From the NCBI GenBank assembly GCA_963822965.1, contig CAWGJT010000005.1:448001-512000 (forward strand): DNA of 64,000 bases, in the 5' to 3' direction. The notes under the pieces were generated by a model that ran no database searches, was not told the origin of the DNA, and was given only the letters and a program-made list of their open reading frames with translations. This document shows positions 11,750 through 21,646 of the stretch, piece after piece; the stretch's first letter is position 1, and every line of letters begins with the position of its first letter. The position numbers were made by a program, and so were the translations under genes. This DNA comes from an uncultured delta proteobacterium (GTDB lineage Bacteria; Myxococcota_A; UBA9160; UBA4427).

Positions 11750-12583
11750 GACTCCACTCGCGGAGGGGCACGCGGACGCGCGCGCGGGTCTCGTAGCGGA
11801 TGGCTCGGAGGGAATCGCGTCGAGGCGGCCGCGGCTCTGGCGCTCTTCGACGTCGACCAGCTCGAACGTGGCGATCACCTGGCCCTCGTCGATCAGCTCG
11901 CCGCGCTGGCCCGCGCGGAGGCGGTCGACCGAGCCCGCGTCCAGGACGACGGCCAGGGGCCTTCCCGCCTCTCCCTCCACCTGCACGATCTCCGCCGACA
12001 CCCAGGCCTCGGGTCCGTGGCGGCGGGCCGACGAGCGCTGCGGACCGCGTGCCGCCGGAGCGGCCGGCAGCTGGAAGGCCGGGCCCGACGGCGTGACGGA
12101 CGCGAGCACCTCGTAGGCCAGCGGTCCCGCGCACGTCGCCGATCTCCTCGAGCACCAGGTAGTAGTCGCCGGCGCCGAGCATCCGCTCGATCTCGCGCGG
12201 ACTGTGGCCGGTGGGCGCGTAGCCCCAGAGCACGTCGCCGTCCGGCGTCCTCGAGGCGCACGTCGAAGTCGGGAACACGCCGGCCCCACCGGCGCCCGCA
12301 CCTCGACGCGCAGCGCGCCGGGCTCGGCGAGCGAGATCGCGTACCACGCCGTGCAGCCCGGCTGCGGGACACTCCAGCACGCCGCGCGACCAGGCGTCCT
12401 GGGGCGAGGGGCTGCGACGACTCCCGGCCGGCGAAGGGCTCCGGGCGCGAGCCCGCCACGCTCGGGAAGAGCGCGCAGCCGCCGGCGGCCAGCAGGCTTC
12501 CGGCCACGGCCAGCGCCGGCAGCACCCGGGCGAGCCGGGACGAGCGAGAGAGACGGGGCCGGAGGCGGCCGGTGGGCCGGCAT
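11750..12583 (-). CDS. Hypothetical lipoprotein (PPC-like beta domain plus small C-terminal beta domain); frameshifted, ends approximate
   Basis: Lipobox-like LLAAGGC; WYAISLAEPGALRVEV...DFDVRLED...GDYYLVL; VVLDAGSVDRLRAGQRGEL. Confidence 0.5.
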
Positions 12584-12605
12584 GCGCGGGGCGGACGGCA
12601 AGCCG

Positions 12606-13453
12606 CTAGCTCCGCGCGGGCTCGGCCGGGAAGGCCACCGCCTCGAGGTCCGCGACGATCTCGTCGGGCGCGTGGTCCTGCCCCACGTAGCGCTTCACGA
12701 TGCGGCCGCCCGGATCCACGAGGAAGGTGGCGAGCACGTGCTCGATGTCGCCATCGGCGCTGCGGGTCGAGCCGGCCCCCCAGGCGTTCACCACGGCCTC
12801 CACCTCGTCCGGAGGACCGGTGAGGAACGACCAGTCCGAGAGATCGGCGCCCCGGGCCCGGGCGTAGGCGCTCGAGATCGGCCGGCGTATCGCGCAGGGG
12901 ATCCAGGGTGATGGAGACGAAGTGGGTGCGCTCGCGCAGCGCCGGCGGTAGCGCCCGCTGCACCGACGACGTGGGTGGACGTGAGCGCCGGGCACGGGCC
13001 CGGGCAGCGCGTGAAGATGAAGTCGACGAGCAGCACCTGGCCCGCGAGCCCGGCGAGCGAGACCGTCTCGCCCCGGGTGTCGGTGAGCGAGAAGGGCGGT
13101 GCGGGATCGCTCTTCACGAGCCCGTTCCCCATGCGGATCCAGCCGTCCTCCGCGGGCACCTGCCCCACCACCTTCGCCTGCGTGATGGAGAGGCTGCCGT
13201 CCTGGGACGTGACCTCGAAGTCGATCACGTCGCCCGGGGCGAGCTTCCCGAGCAGGGCGGGATCCCGGATCGCGAAGCTCATCGTCATGGCGGGCATCAG
13301 GCCGGGGATGTCGTCGTGCTCGATCAGCACCTGCCCGTCCGCGGCGGACACCTCGTGGACGACGCCGTGCCCGGACCAGGTCCGCGCACCGTCGCAGGCC
13401 GCGAGCGCCAGCAGCGCCAGGCACAGCGCGCGCTTCGCCGCGGAGCGCCGCAT
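12606..13453 (-). CDS. SCO1/SenC family lipoprotein with N-terminal CusF-like copper-binding domain (frameshifted)
   Basis: Lipobox LAAC; IEHDDIPGLMPAMTMSF (CusF-like); DFIFTRCPGPCP (CxxxC) and distal IEH (SCO). Confidence 0.88.
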
Positions 13454-14529
13454 CAGAACACCCACTGCCAGCCCGCCGTCACCTGCCAGTCCCGCTCGAT
13501 CTGTGGCCCATTCAGGGTCTGGAAGAACGGGAACGTCATCTCGACCCCGAAGCGCGGACCGCCCAGGAACGGCACGCGGAAGTTCACGCCCGGGCCGAGG
13601 TCCAGGTACTCCCCCGCCTGGCGCTTCGGGTCGTCTTCGGGATTCACCTTCGTGTCGTCCTCCGGATGGACCGACTCTCGCCGGCTCCACGAGAGACGCA
13701 GCGACGTGCTCATCCAGTCCGTCCAGGACTGCGCGAGCCAGCTCGAGAGCAGGTACTCGTTGCCCAGCCGGTAGTTCTTGGTGTTCTCGTACACCCGGAA
13801 CTTCCCCCGTGCCAGCAGGCCCCACGAGACGCTCTCCCAGCGCCCGCGATAGACCATGCCGGGGAGCAGATCGACGGTGCCCGAGCCGAGCTGCTGGGGG
13901 AAGGAGAGCCGCTTCTTGCCGCCGTCGGCGCTCTCCCCGCGCTCGGAGATGGAGCCGGTGGGCGCGGTCAGGCCCATCTCGATCTGCAGGCTCTGGTTGC
14001 GATTGCGCATGAAGGGCACCAGCGCGCGCAGCTCGAGATCGCCCACGCCGACGGTGTCGGTGTCGAAGCGCCTCCGCGGGTCGCCGCCGACCAGCTTCGT
14101 CTCCTGGTTGACGACCGGCAGCTCGAGGGCCAGGGTCACGCGCGGGTGCGGCGCATAGGAGACGCCGAAGAGGTGCACCTGCAGGTCGCGCTCGCGCGGG
14201 GTCTCGTCGTAGACCTGCAGCAGCTCGTCGTTGCCAACCCGGTGGGTGCCATTACGCATGTCGTCGTAGTGGACCAGCGCGTAGCGATACGAGAGCGCCC
14301 ACTCGCCCTTCCGAAGCGTGCGCGCGTCACTGAGTCCGATGGGAGCGAGCGCCGCCGCGTCGTCGCCGGTCGAGCGCAGGGAGCGGGGCAGCGAGCCGTC
14401 CGACGTCTCGGCCTCGGGGGCCGCCTCGTCGGTGGCGGCATCCCCCGCCGCCGGCAGGAGCAGCAGCACGAGGGCGAGGCCCGCTGCGACGAGCCCGGTG
14501 GGGCGCGACTTCCGGCGCGGGGAATCCAA
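13453..14529 (-). CDS. Putative outer-membrane beta-barrel 'transporter' (SphA/MetA-pathway-like)
   Basis: Signal peptide; GVGDLEL, GLTAPTGS, QLGSGTVD; amphipathic strands ending in aromatic AGWQWVF; overlaps the SCO start. Confidence 0.7.
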   Translation of the reverse strand: MDSPRRKSRPTGLVAAGLALVLLLLPAAGDAATDEAAPEAETSDGSLPRSLRSTGDDAAALAPIGLSDARTLRKGEWALSYRYALVHYDDMRNGTHRVGNDELLQVYDETPRERDLQVHLFGVSYAPHPRVTLALELPVVNQETKLVGGDPRRRFDTDTVGVGDLELRALVPFMRNRNQSLQIEMGLTAPTGSISERGESADGGKKRLSFPQQLGSGTVDLLPGMVYRGRWESVSWGLLARGKFRVYENTKNYRLGNEYLLSSWLAQSWTDWMSTSLRLSWSRRESVHPEDDTKVNPEDDPKRQAGEYLDLGPGVNFRVPFLGGPRFGVEMTFPFFQTLNGPQIERDWQVTAGWQWVF

Positions 14530-14535
14530 GTCGCC

Positions 14536-15393
14536 CTATCCCCCGAACCTCACGCCGTACTCGGAGGCAAAGCGCATGGCGAGCTCGTCGAGCCCGGACC
14601 GGTAGGTGAGCTCGAACGCGCGGTCGAGGTTCCGCTTGCGCAGCAAGGTGGTGCACAGGCGCCGGAGTGAATCGTCTCCGTGGTGACGCGTCAGGTACTC
14701 GATGAAGGCGTACGACTGCAGGTATGCGATCTGGGCGGACTCTCCGGAGAGGCCCGCGAAGCTGGGCTCGCTGAGATCCCACAGGGTGAAGAGACGACCC
14801 TCGGCACCGAGGCGGGCGATGGCGGCGGCCTCCCCGCCGCTGAGCCGGCGCTTGCCCACGGCCTTCGCCTCGAACCACTCGGCCAGGCCTTCGTTGAGCC
14901 AGGCGGGCAACACCATGGAAGGCGCTTCGGCGTCGAAGGCGGCGTGCACCAGCTCGTGGTTCAGGGTCCGCACCAGGGACGCCCGCAGCTCCGTGTCGCC
15001 GCGAATGCGGATCGTGCCGGAGTAGAAGCCGGCCGCCCGGAAGCCGAAGCGCGCCGCGAAGCTCTGGTCGAATACGCCGGGGTCGTAGATCACCACGTCC
15101 AGGCGGCGCGAGGGACGCAGCCCCAGCTCGCGGTCCAGCTCGTCGTAGGCGCGCTCCAGGGTCTCGAGCACCTGGTTCTCGAAGCGGCGCGAGCCCCGGA
15201 AGCCCGACGTGCGGTCGATGTCCACGTCCTGGTAGAGGACGAAGTGCGAGGAGACGCGCTTGTCGAACTCGCCGTCCGCGCCCCGGTCGCGAGCCGCCGC
15301 CGGCAGGCCGAGCACGACGGCCGCGACGGCGGCCGCCACCGCCGCCAACCCGTCGGCACGGCGGCGACGCTTCAGTGCGGGCACGTCCGTCAC
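14536..15393 (-). CDS. Secreted peptidase MA (gluzincin) family protein
   Basis: Signal peptide; HELVH followed by WLNEGLAEWF; AYLQSYAFIEYL; AGGAGG SD before the GTG. Confidence 0.8.
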   Translation of the reverse strand: MTDVPALKRRRRADGLAAVAAAVAAVVLGLPAAARDRGADGEFDKRVSSHFVLYQDVDIDRTSGFRGSRRFENQVLETLERAYDELDRELGLRPSRRLDVVIYDPGVFDQSFAARFGFRAAGFYSGTIRIRGDTELRASLVRTLNHELVHAAFDAEAPSMVLPAWLNEGLAEWFEAKAVGKRRLSGGEAAAIARLGAEGRLFTLWDLSEPSFAGLSGESAQIAYLQSYAFIEYLTRHHGDDSLRRLCTTLLRKRNLDRAFELTYRSGLDELAMRFASEYGVRFGG

Positions 15394-15407
15394 GAGCCTC
15401 CTCGACC

Positions 15408-16424
15408 TCATCCGAGCGGGTAGAGGATCTCTCGGGATACGGCGTCGCACGCCGCGAGGGCATCCTCGGGCAGGCTGACGCCGGCCGCGGCCAGCGTGTC
15501 GTCGAGCTGCGCCACGGTGGTGGCACCGATCAGCGTCGAAGCCACGAAGCCGCGACTCAGCGTCCAGGCGGTCGCGAACGTGACGAGCGACATGCCGCAC
15601 TCCGCGGCGATACCCGCGAAGCGGTCGATGGCCGCCCGGCTGCGGTCGTTGATGAAGCGGGCGGTCATGGCGGCGCCGCGCGCCGGGTCCTGCCGGTAGC
15701 GGCTGAAGCGCGCGCCCTCGGGCCAGGCGCCGTCCTGGTACTTGCCCGACAGCACGCCGCCCGCGATCGGGCTGTAGGGCAGCAGGCTCACCTGCTCCCG
15801 GCGGCACACCTCGGCGAGCTCGTCTTCGAAGCGGCGGTTCAGGAGGCTGAAGTTGTTCTGGATCGTCTCGTAGCGGGCGGTGCCGTTGCGGTCGGCCGCC
15901 CACAGGCTCTTGGTGAGCCCGTAGGCGCTCTGGTTGGAGCAGCCGATCGCGCGCACCTTGCCTTCGTCGACCAGCCGGTCGAGGGCCTCGAGGGTGTCCT
16001 CGATGGGGAAGTCCGGATCCGGCCAGTGCGTCTGGTAGAGGTCGATGTAGTCGGTTCCCAGGCGGCGCAGGCTCTCCTCCACCGCACGCTCGATGTTGTG
16101 GCGGTCGAGCCCGGTGTGCCCCGAGCGGAGGGGACCGAGGAACCAGCCGCCGCCGGGTCCCGCCACCTTGCTGGCCACGATCACCGAGTCCCGGGGGCGG
16201 TTCCGCATCCACTTTCCGCAGATCTCTTCGGTGCGCCCGGCGTACTTCGCGTTCGGCGGCACCGGGTACATCTCGGCGGTATCGAGGAAGTCGACCCCGG
16301 CGTCGAAGGCCCGGTCGAGGATCGCGAGGCTCGTCGCCTCGTCGGCCATCGTTCCGAAGGTCATCGTCCCCATGCCGATCTCGGAGACGACGAGACCGCT
16401 CCGGCCGAGCCGGTTCTGCTTCAT
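15408..16424 (-). CDS. Aldo/keto reductase (Tas-like)
   Basis: GMGTMTFG, FLDTAEMYPVPP, DYIDLYQTHWPD, PYSPIAGGVLSGKY. Confidence 0.92.
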   Translation of the reverse strand: MKQNRLGRSGLVVSEIGMGTMTFGTMADEATSLAILDRAFDAGVDFLDTAEMYPVPPNAKYAGRTEEICGKWMRNRPRDSVIVASKVAGPGGGWFLGPLRSGHTGLDRHNIERAVEESLRRLGTDYIDLYQTHWPDPDFPIEDTLEALDRLVDEGKVRAIGCSNQSAYGLTKSLWAADRNGTARYETIQNNFSLLNRRFEDELAEVCRREQVSLLPYSPIAGGVLSGKYQDGAWPEGARFSRYRQDPARGAAMTARFINDRSRAAIDRFAGIAAECGMSLVTFATAWTLSRGFVASTLIGATTVAQLDDTLAAAGVSLPEDALAACDAVSREILYPLG

Positions 16425-16458
16425 GCTGGCACCCCCTGGCGCGTCGCCATCCGCCCGC

Positions 16459-17068
16459 TCACGCGCCCGCGCTCGGGCGGGCCGACACCGCCTCGTGCCA
16501 GCGAGCGAGGTGCTTCTGGTCGGGCTGGATGCGGATCTTCACCACCCGCGCGAAGTCGATGGCGACCTGGGCGGTGATGTCGGCGATGGTGTACTGGTCG
16601 CCCGCCACGAACTCGCGCTCCGCGAGCACTTCGTCGAGCCACGCGAGTCGCTGCACCGCCCGGCCTCGACACACCTCGCCGTAGGCCGGAACCTGCTCGA
16701 TGCGTCCCTTGAAGTAGTCGTGGGTGTTCTGGAAGCAGCCGGTGACGTTGCCCCAGAGCTCGAGCTCCATGCGCCGTTGCCACATCTCGACGAGCGCCGC
16801 GTCGAGCTGCCCCGCGTCCCATGAGCGGCGGGTCGGGATGCAGCTCCTCGAAGTAGCGGCAGATGGCGACGCTCTCGGCGAGGCAGGTGCCGTCGTCCAG
16901 CTCGAGCACGGGGACCCGTCCCATCGGGTTCAGCGCCAGGAACGGCGGCTCGAGGTTCTCCTTGTTGCCGATGTCGACCTGCACGGTCGGAACCTCGACG
17001 CCCTTCTCGGCAAGGAAGATGCGAACGCGGCGCGGGTTCGGCGCGGTGCTGGAATCGTGGAGCTTCAC
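16459..17068 (-). CDS. Glutathione S-transferase family protein (one frameshift)
   Basis: APNPRRVRIFLAEKG, NPMGRVPVLELDDG, ESVAICRYFE, YTIADITA. Confidence 0.9.
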
Positions 17069-17191
17069 GGGGGGCCTCCGGCGGGTCTCGGCGGCCAAGT
17101 TAGCCCGCATTTCCCACCGGGTCGCGGCGCGCACGAGCCCCGCGGCAGACGTCTGCCGGAGCGGTCGATCGGCGAAGCGTGGAGCTCGGGC

Positions 17192-17560
17192 TCAGAGGCC
17201 CGGATACGCCCCGAAGGTCATGTACGACAGGAACGCCTTGCCCGCCTTCTTGACCAGGTCGGCGAACCACTTGGCGTAGATCGCGGCGTAGTCGGGCTCG
17301 GCGTACTCCGGGCAGAGCTCGACGCGCCGGCCGGCCAGCCGGTCGATGTGCTCCAGCGTGCCGTTGAGCCACAGCTCGTCCCGGCGATCGGCCGCCATCT
17401 GGGCGACGTCCTCGAAGTGGTCGATCTGTCGCGTGAGACGGCGGCACTCGGCCTTGTTCGACACGGCGGCGGCGGGCCCTGCCGCCAGCACGAACAGCAG
17501 GCACAGGACGGCGCCGGACGACCGGCGAGCCGGGCGGCTCGCAATCAGCGGCTCTCGCAT
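17192..17560 (-). CDS. Small secreted hypothetical protein (helical, two Cys)
   Basis: Signal peptide ending PAAA; coding-like codon usage; GAGG SD before the ATG. Confidence 0.65.
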   Translation of the reverse strand: MREPLIASRPARRSSGAVLCLLFVLAAGPAAAVSNKAECRRLTRQIDHFEDVAQMAADRRDELWLNGTLEHIDRLAGRRVELCPEYAEPDYAAIYAKWFADLVKKAGKAFLSYMTFGAYPGL

Positions 17561-17621
17561 GGTGGCCTCGCACTGGGGGGCTTCTCGGGTGACACGGACC
17601 CCTACCGGTCCCTCGCTCTAC

Positions 17622-17648
17622 CCATCGGTCGAAGCTGCCGGTTCTTGA
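17622..17648 (-). promoter_or_regulatory. Sigma-28/FliA-like promoter (TCAA-N15-ACCGATGG)
   Basis: Resembles consensus TAAA-N15-GCCGATAA; lies ~60 bp upstream of CDS 17192-17560. Confidence 0.35.
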
Positions 17649-17732
17649 ATGGTCCGGTCCCGGCCGGCGCCACGCGGCCCGAAGGAGACCGATCCCCAGG
17701 GGGCATCCGGCGAGGCGTACGAGGCAAGCCCC

Positions 17733-19245
17733 TCAGAGCCGGTCGACGAGCTGCTCGGCCTGGCGGTGGGCCAGGGCCATGCCCGTGAACATGGGGTTCA
17801 CGGAGGGGCACTGGGGGAAGATGCCTGTGTCGGCGATGTACAGGTTGTCGAGGTCGTGACAGCGCCCGTACTCGTCCACGACCCCTCTCGCCGGATCTCC
17901 GTGCATGCGGGTCGTGCAGAAGGCGTGGTTTCCGCCGCACACCAGGTCGCTCGCCTTGATGGGATGGGTGCGGAGCGGCTCCGCCTCCGCTGGGTTTCGC
18001 ATGAGGTCGGGGAGGCCGTTCACGCCGGGCATGATCTTGGTGGCGCCCGCGGCGAAGAAGATCTCGGCCAGCACCCACAGCGCCTGGGCCAGGATCGCGC
18101 ACGTCCTGGGGGTGCATGTTCCAGGTGAGGTGGGGATCCATCCCCCGGCGCTTCGCGCGTACGCGACCGAGGGAGCGGTTCGTGCTGGCGATGGCGTCCC
18201 AGACGGCCATGTACGGGAACTGGGCGAAGATCTCCTGCAGAGGATGGCCGAAGCCCGGCATCCGCACCGCCATCACCGCGGGAGGCGCCCACAGGGTCTC
18301 GAGCTTGAAGCCCTGGTCGAGGAAGTGGAGGCTCTGGTAGCCCTGGGTGGCGCCGAACTGCGGATCCACCCGATCGGGAAAGAAGCCCGCGATGGCGACG
18401 CCGGGATGGAACTGCAGGTTCTCGCCCACCTGGCCCGAGCGATTCGCGAGATCGCCGCTGCGCTGCAGGATGACGGGCGTCGCCATGCAGCCGGCGGCCA
18501 GCACCACGAGGCGCGCCCGAACCCGGAACCGGTGGCTCAGCCGTCCCGTCAGGGGCTCGGCGACCTGTCCCGAGACCCCGGTGACGCGCCGGCCCTCGTG
18601 GTGCACCTGCTGCACCTGCACGGACGTCAGCACCCGCGCCCCGTGCCGGATGGCCGCCGGGATGTAGCTGATGTCCATGCTCTGCTTGGCGCGCGCGCGG
18701 CAGCCGGTGAAGCACTCGCCGCTGCCGCGGCAGCCCTGCACGTTGCGGTCGATGGGGATGCTCTCGTAGCCGAGCTTCTCGCAGCCCTCCCGGAAGAGCA
18801 GGTTGCGGCGACCCTGCACGTCGTCGGGCGTGGGCGCGATGCCCAGGAACTGCGCCACCGCATCGTAGTGTCGGTCGAGCTCGGCGCGGTTCGTCCGGGA
18901 CAGCTCGAAGCCCGTCGCCCAACGATCGAAGACCGAGTCCGGCGGGCGCACGCAGATGGCGGAGTTGACGAGCGAGCCGCCTCCCAGGGCGATGGCCTGC
19001 ATGGTGGGCAGGATGGTGCCGCGCGTGCTGCGCAGGCCGCCCTCGCGCATGGTTCGCGCCATCGAGCGACTGCCCTCGAGCTCGAAGTCCGCCGGCGTGA
19101 AGGGCGGTCCCTCCTCGAGCAGCAGCACCCGGCGCCCCGCTCGGGCCAGCTCGTGGGCCACCACCGCGCCGCAGGGCCCCGAGCCGACCACCACGACGTC
19201 GGCCTCCTCCTCGAAGTCCCGCTCGTACTGGGCGAAGACCCGCAC
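17733..19245 (-). CDS. GMC family FAD-dependent oxidoreductase (one frameshift)
   Basis: VVVGSGPCG, LGGGSLVNSA, CRGSGECFTGC, NLYIADTGIFPQCPSVNP. Confidence 0.9.
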
Positions 19246-19267
19246 CTCCCCCCCGTCCCGGCCAGGC

Positions 19268-19909
19268 TCATCGCGTGTCTCCGGCGTAGTCGGGATGGAC
19301 CGGACCGTGCGGATCCAGGGGCGTTCCGTCGCTCCGCCACAGATCGGCCTCGCCGTAGACGATGGTGTCCGGGTGCGCGCCGATGCGCGGATAGAGCAGG
19401 TCGGCCTCGCAGACGGGCGACGGAAAGTCGAGGGGGGCGAGCCGGACCGAGCGCATGGCGACCGGGTGACCCAGGTAGCCCATGGTCAGCACCGCCCGCA
19501 GCGCCGTGAAGGCGAGCCGGCGGGGAAAGAAGCGGCTTCGGGACCAGCCCCGCAGCGCCTCGACCCGCTGCTCCGGGGTGAGGGACGAGAAGCGGCGGAA
19601 GCCCCCGGTTCCCGACGCCGGAAAGAAGATCGTGGACTGCTCGAACAGCGCGAACATGGCGCGCACCTGCAGCCGCAGGTGCCCGGGCAGCGGGTCGAGG
19701 AAGCGATCCGTGTACCCGGGCAGGTCGGCTTCGAGCCCGGAGAGGGGAATCGCTCCGCCGGGCGGGAACGTGGCCTCGGCGGCCGCGTCGAGGAACGCGG
19801 CGTCCCGGGGCGCCAGCACGCGATGGACCGCGCGCGGCCGCGGGTAGCCGAGCAGCAGCCGCCGGAAGGCCCAGGCGACGAACACGATGAGAAGGAGCCA
19901 GAGAAGCAC
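19268..19909 (-). CDS. Gluconate-2-dehydrogenase subunit-3-like partner of the GMC oxidoreductase
   Basis: N-terminal TM; AAEATFPPG...; RFSSLTPEQRVEALRGW...LRAVLTMGY; directly upstream of the GMC gene. Confidence 0.65.
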   Translation of the reverse strand: MLLWLLLIVFVAWAFRRLLLGYPRPRAVHRVLAPRDAAFLDAAAEATFPPGGAIPLSGLEADLPGYTDRFLDPLPGHLRLQVRAMFALFEQSTIFFPASGTGGFRRFSSLTPEQRVEALRGWSRSRFFPRRLAFTALRAVLTMGYLGHPVAMRSVRLAPLDFPSPVCEADLLYPRIGAHPDTIVYGEADLWRSDGTPLDPHGPVHPDYAGDTR

Positions 19910-20031
19910 GCCGGCCCATGATAACGGCTGAACGCCGCGGGAGGACCCTCCGCCCTGGCAGTCCGTACCGGCGGGCGCCACCCTGCGGTCCGCATCGACC
20001 CGTGGAAGCTGGCCCGCGGTCCGGGCGGACC

Positions 20032-20916
20032 TCAGCGAGCCCCGTCGTCCGGGTCGTCGAAGCGGCGGGCCCGCCACCAGGGAAAATAGGCCGGCATGTC
20101 CTGGGAGACGCGCATGGCGAAATGGGGCGGACGCTTCTCGAGGAAGCTCTGCACCCCCTCGTGGGCGTCGGGCGAGCTGCCCATGAAGTGGATGCCGCGG
20201 GAGTCCAGGCGATGAGCCTGCATGGGATGATCGGCGCCCAGCATCTTCCACAGCATGTGCCGCGAGAGCGCGACCGAGACGGCGCTGGTGTTGTCCGCGA
20301 TCTCGGCGGCCAGGGCCCGGGCCCGGGGCAGCAGATCGTCGTGGGGCAACACCTCCGAGACGAGGCCCGCCGCCAGCGCCTCCTCGGCGGGGAAGACGCG
20401 GCCGGTGGCGACCCACTCCATCGCGCGACTGATCCCGACGATGCGAGGCAGGAACCAGCTGCTGCAGGCCTCGGGCACGATGCCCCGGCGGGCGAAGACG
20501 AAGCCGATCTTCGCCCGGTCGCTCGCGAGCCGGACGTCCATGGGAAGCGTCTGGGTGATGCCGACCCCCACCGCGGGGCCGTTGATGGCCGCGATCAGGG
20601 GCTTGCTGCAGTCGAAGAGGCGCAGGCTCACGCGTCCCCCCCCGTCGCGCGGGACCGATTCCAGGGTGTCGGCGCCCCCGCCGCCCCCCGAGTCGAAGGT
20701 CTCGCCGCCGCCACCGAGATCCGCGCCCGCGCAGAAGCCCCGGCCCGCGCCGGTCACGATCACGACGCGCACGTCGTCGTTCTCGTCGATCTCGTCGAGC
20801 ACCCGCAGGTACTCGTTCATCATGGTCGCCGTGAACGCGTTCAGGCGTTCGGGGCGGTTCAGGGTCAGGGTGAAGATGCCGTCCTGCAGATCGGTCAGCA
20901 GGGTCTCGTAGCTCAT
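20032..20916 (-). CDS. Enoyl-CoA hydratase/crotonase family protein
   Basis: TLNRPERLNAF, GRGFCAGADL, KPLIAAINGPAVGVG, RRGIVPEACSSWFLPR. Confidence 0.92.
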   Translation of the reverse strand: MSYETLLTDLQDGIFTLTLNRPERLNAFTATMMNEYLRVLDEIDENDDVRVVIVTGAGRGFCAGADLGGGGETFDSGGGGGADTLESVPRDGGGRVSLRLFDCSKPLIAAINGPAVGVGITQTLPMDVRLASDRAKIGFVFARRGIVPEACSSWFLPRIVGISRAMEWVATGRVFPAEEALAAGLVSEVLPHDDLLPRARALAAEIADNTSAVSVALSRHMLWKMLGADHPMQAHRLDSRGIHFMGSSPDAHEGVQSFLEKRPPHFAMRVSQDMPAYFPWWRARRFDDPDDGAR

Positions 20917-21062
20917 CGGTCTCCTCTCTCCCGGCGACCTCTCGGCTTCGGGGGCTGGCTCCCGCCTCGGGGCCGCTCCAGGCGGCCGGCCCGCAGCGGG
21001 TGGGGCCAGCATAGCCCCCCGAAACGGCAGCCCTCCGGGAGGGGTGTTAGCGTGTCCCCGCC

Positions 21063-21566
21063 ATGCGGATCGGCGTCGTCAGCGACACCCACAACAACCT
21101 CTCGAACGTCTCGCGGATCGTCGAGCTGCTGAACGGTGCCCGCGTCGATCGAGTCGTCCACACCGGGGACATCACCCAGGCGAAGACGCTCGAGGTGCTC
21201 GCGCGCCTCGACGCCCCGCTCCACGGCGTCTACGGCAACAACGACCTCGAGCGGGACGCGCTCGAGCGGGCGGCGGCCCGCTTCGACTTCGACCTCTCCG
21301 ACCCGCCCCTCGAGCTCGAGTGGTCCGCGCGGCGCCTGTGGGTGGTACACGACCCGCGCGACTTCGAGACGGCCCTGCCGGAGGCGGTGACCCGGAACGA
21401 CGTGCCCGCCCTGATCCTGCACGGCCACGACCATCGCCACCGCCTCGAGCGACGTGCCGGCGCCGTCGTCTTCAATCCCGGCGAGTGCGCCGGGCACATG
21501 CCCGGCCGCAACGCGATCGGCGTCGTGGACCTGGTCCGCCTGGAATGCCAGACGCTTCTCTTCTAG
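21063..21566 (+). CDS. Metallophosphoesterase, YfcE/MJ0936 family
   Basis: SDTHNN, HTGD, GNND, HGHDH, NPGE motifs. Confidence 0.9.
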   Translation: MRIGVVSDTHNNLSNVSRIVELLNGARVDRVVHTGDITQAKTLEVLARLDAPLHGVYGNNDLERDALERAAARFDFDLSDPPLELEWSARRLWVVHDPRDFETALPEAVTRNDVPALILHGHDHRHRLERRAGAVVFNPGECAGHMPGRNAIGVVDLVRLECQTLLF

Positions 21567-21646
21567 GCGTCCAGGCGGGGAACGGCCCGTCCGGGCGGGG
21601 ACCGCGCTTCGAGAACGGGGACCGCGCTGCGAGAAGAGGGACCGCG

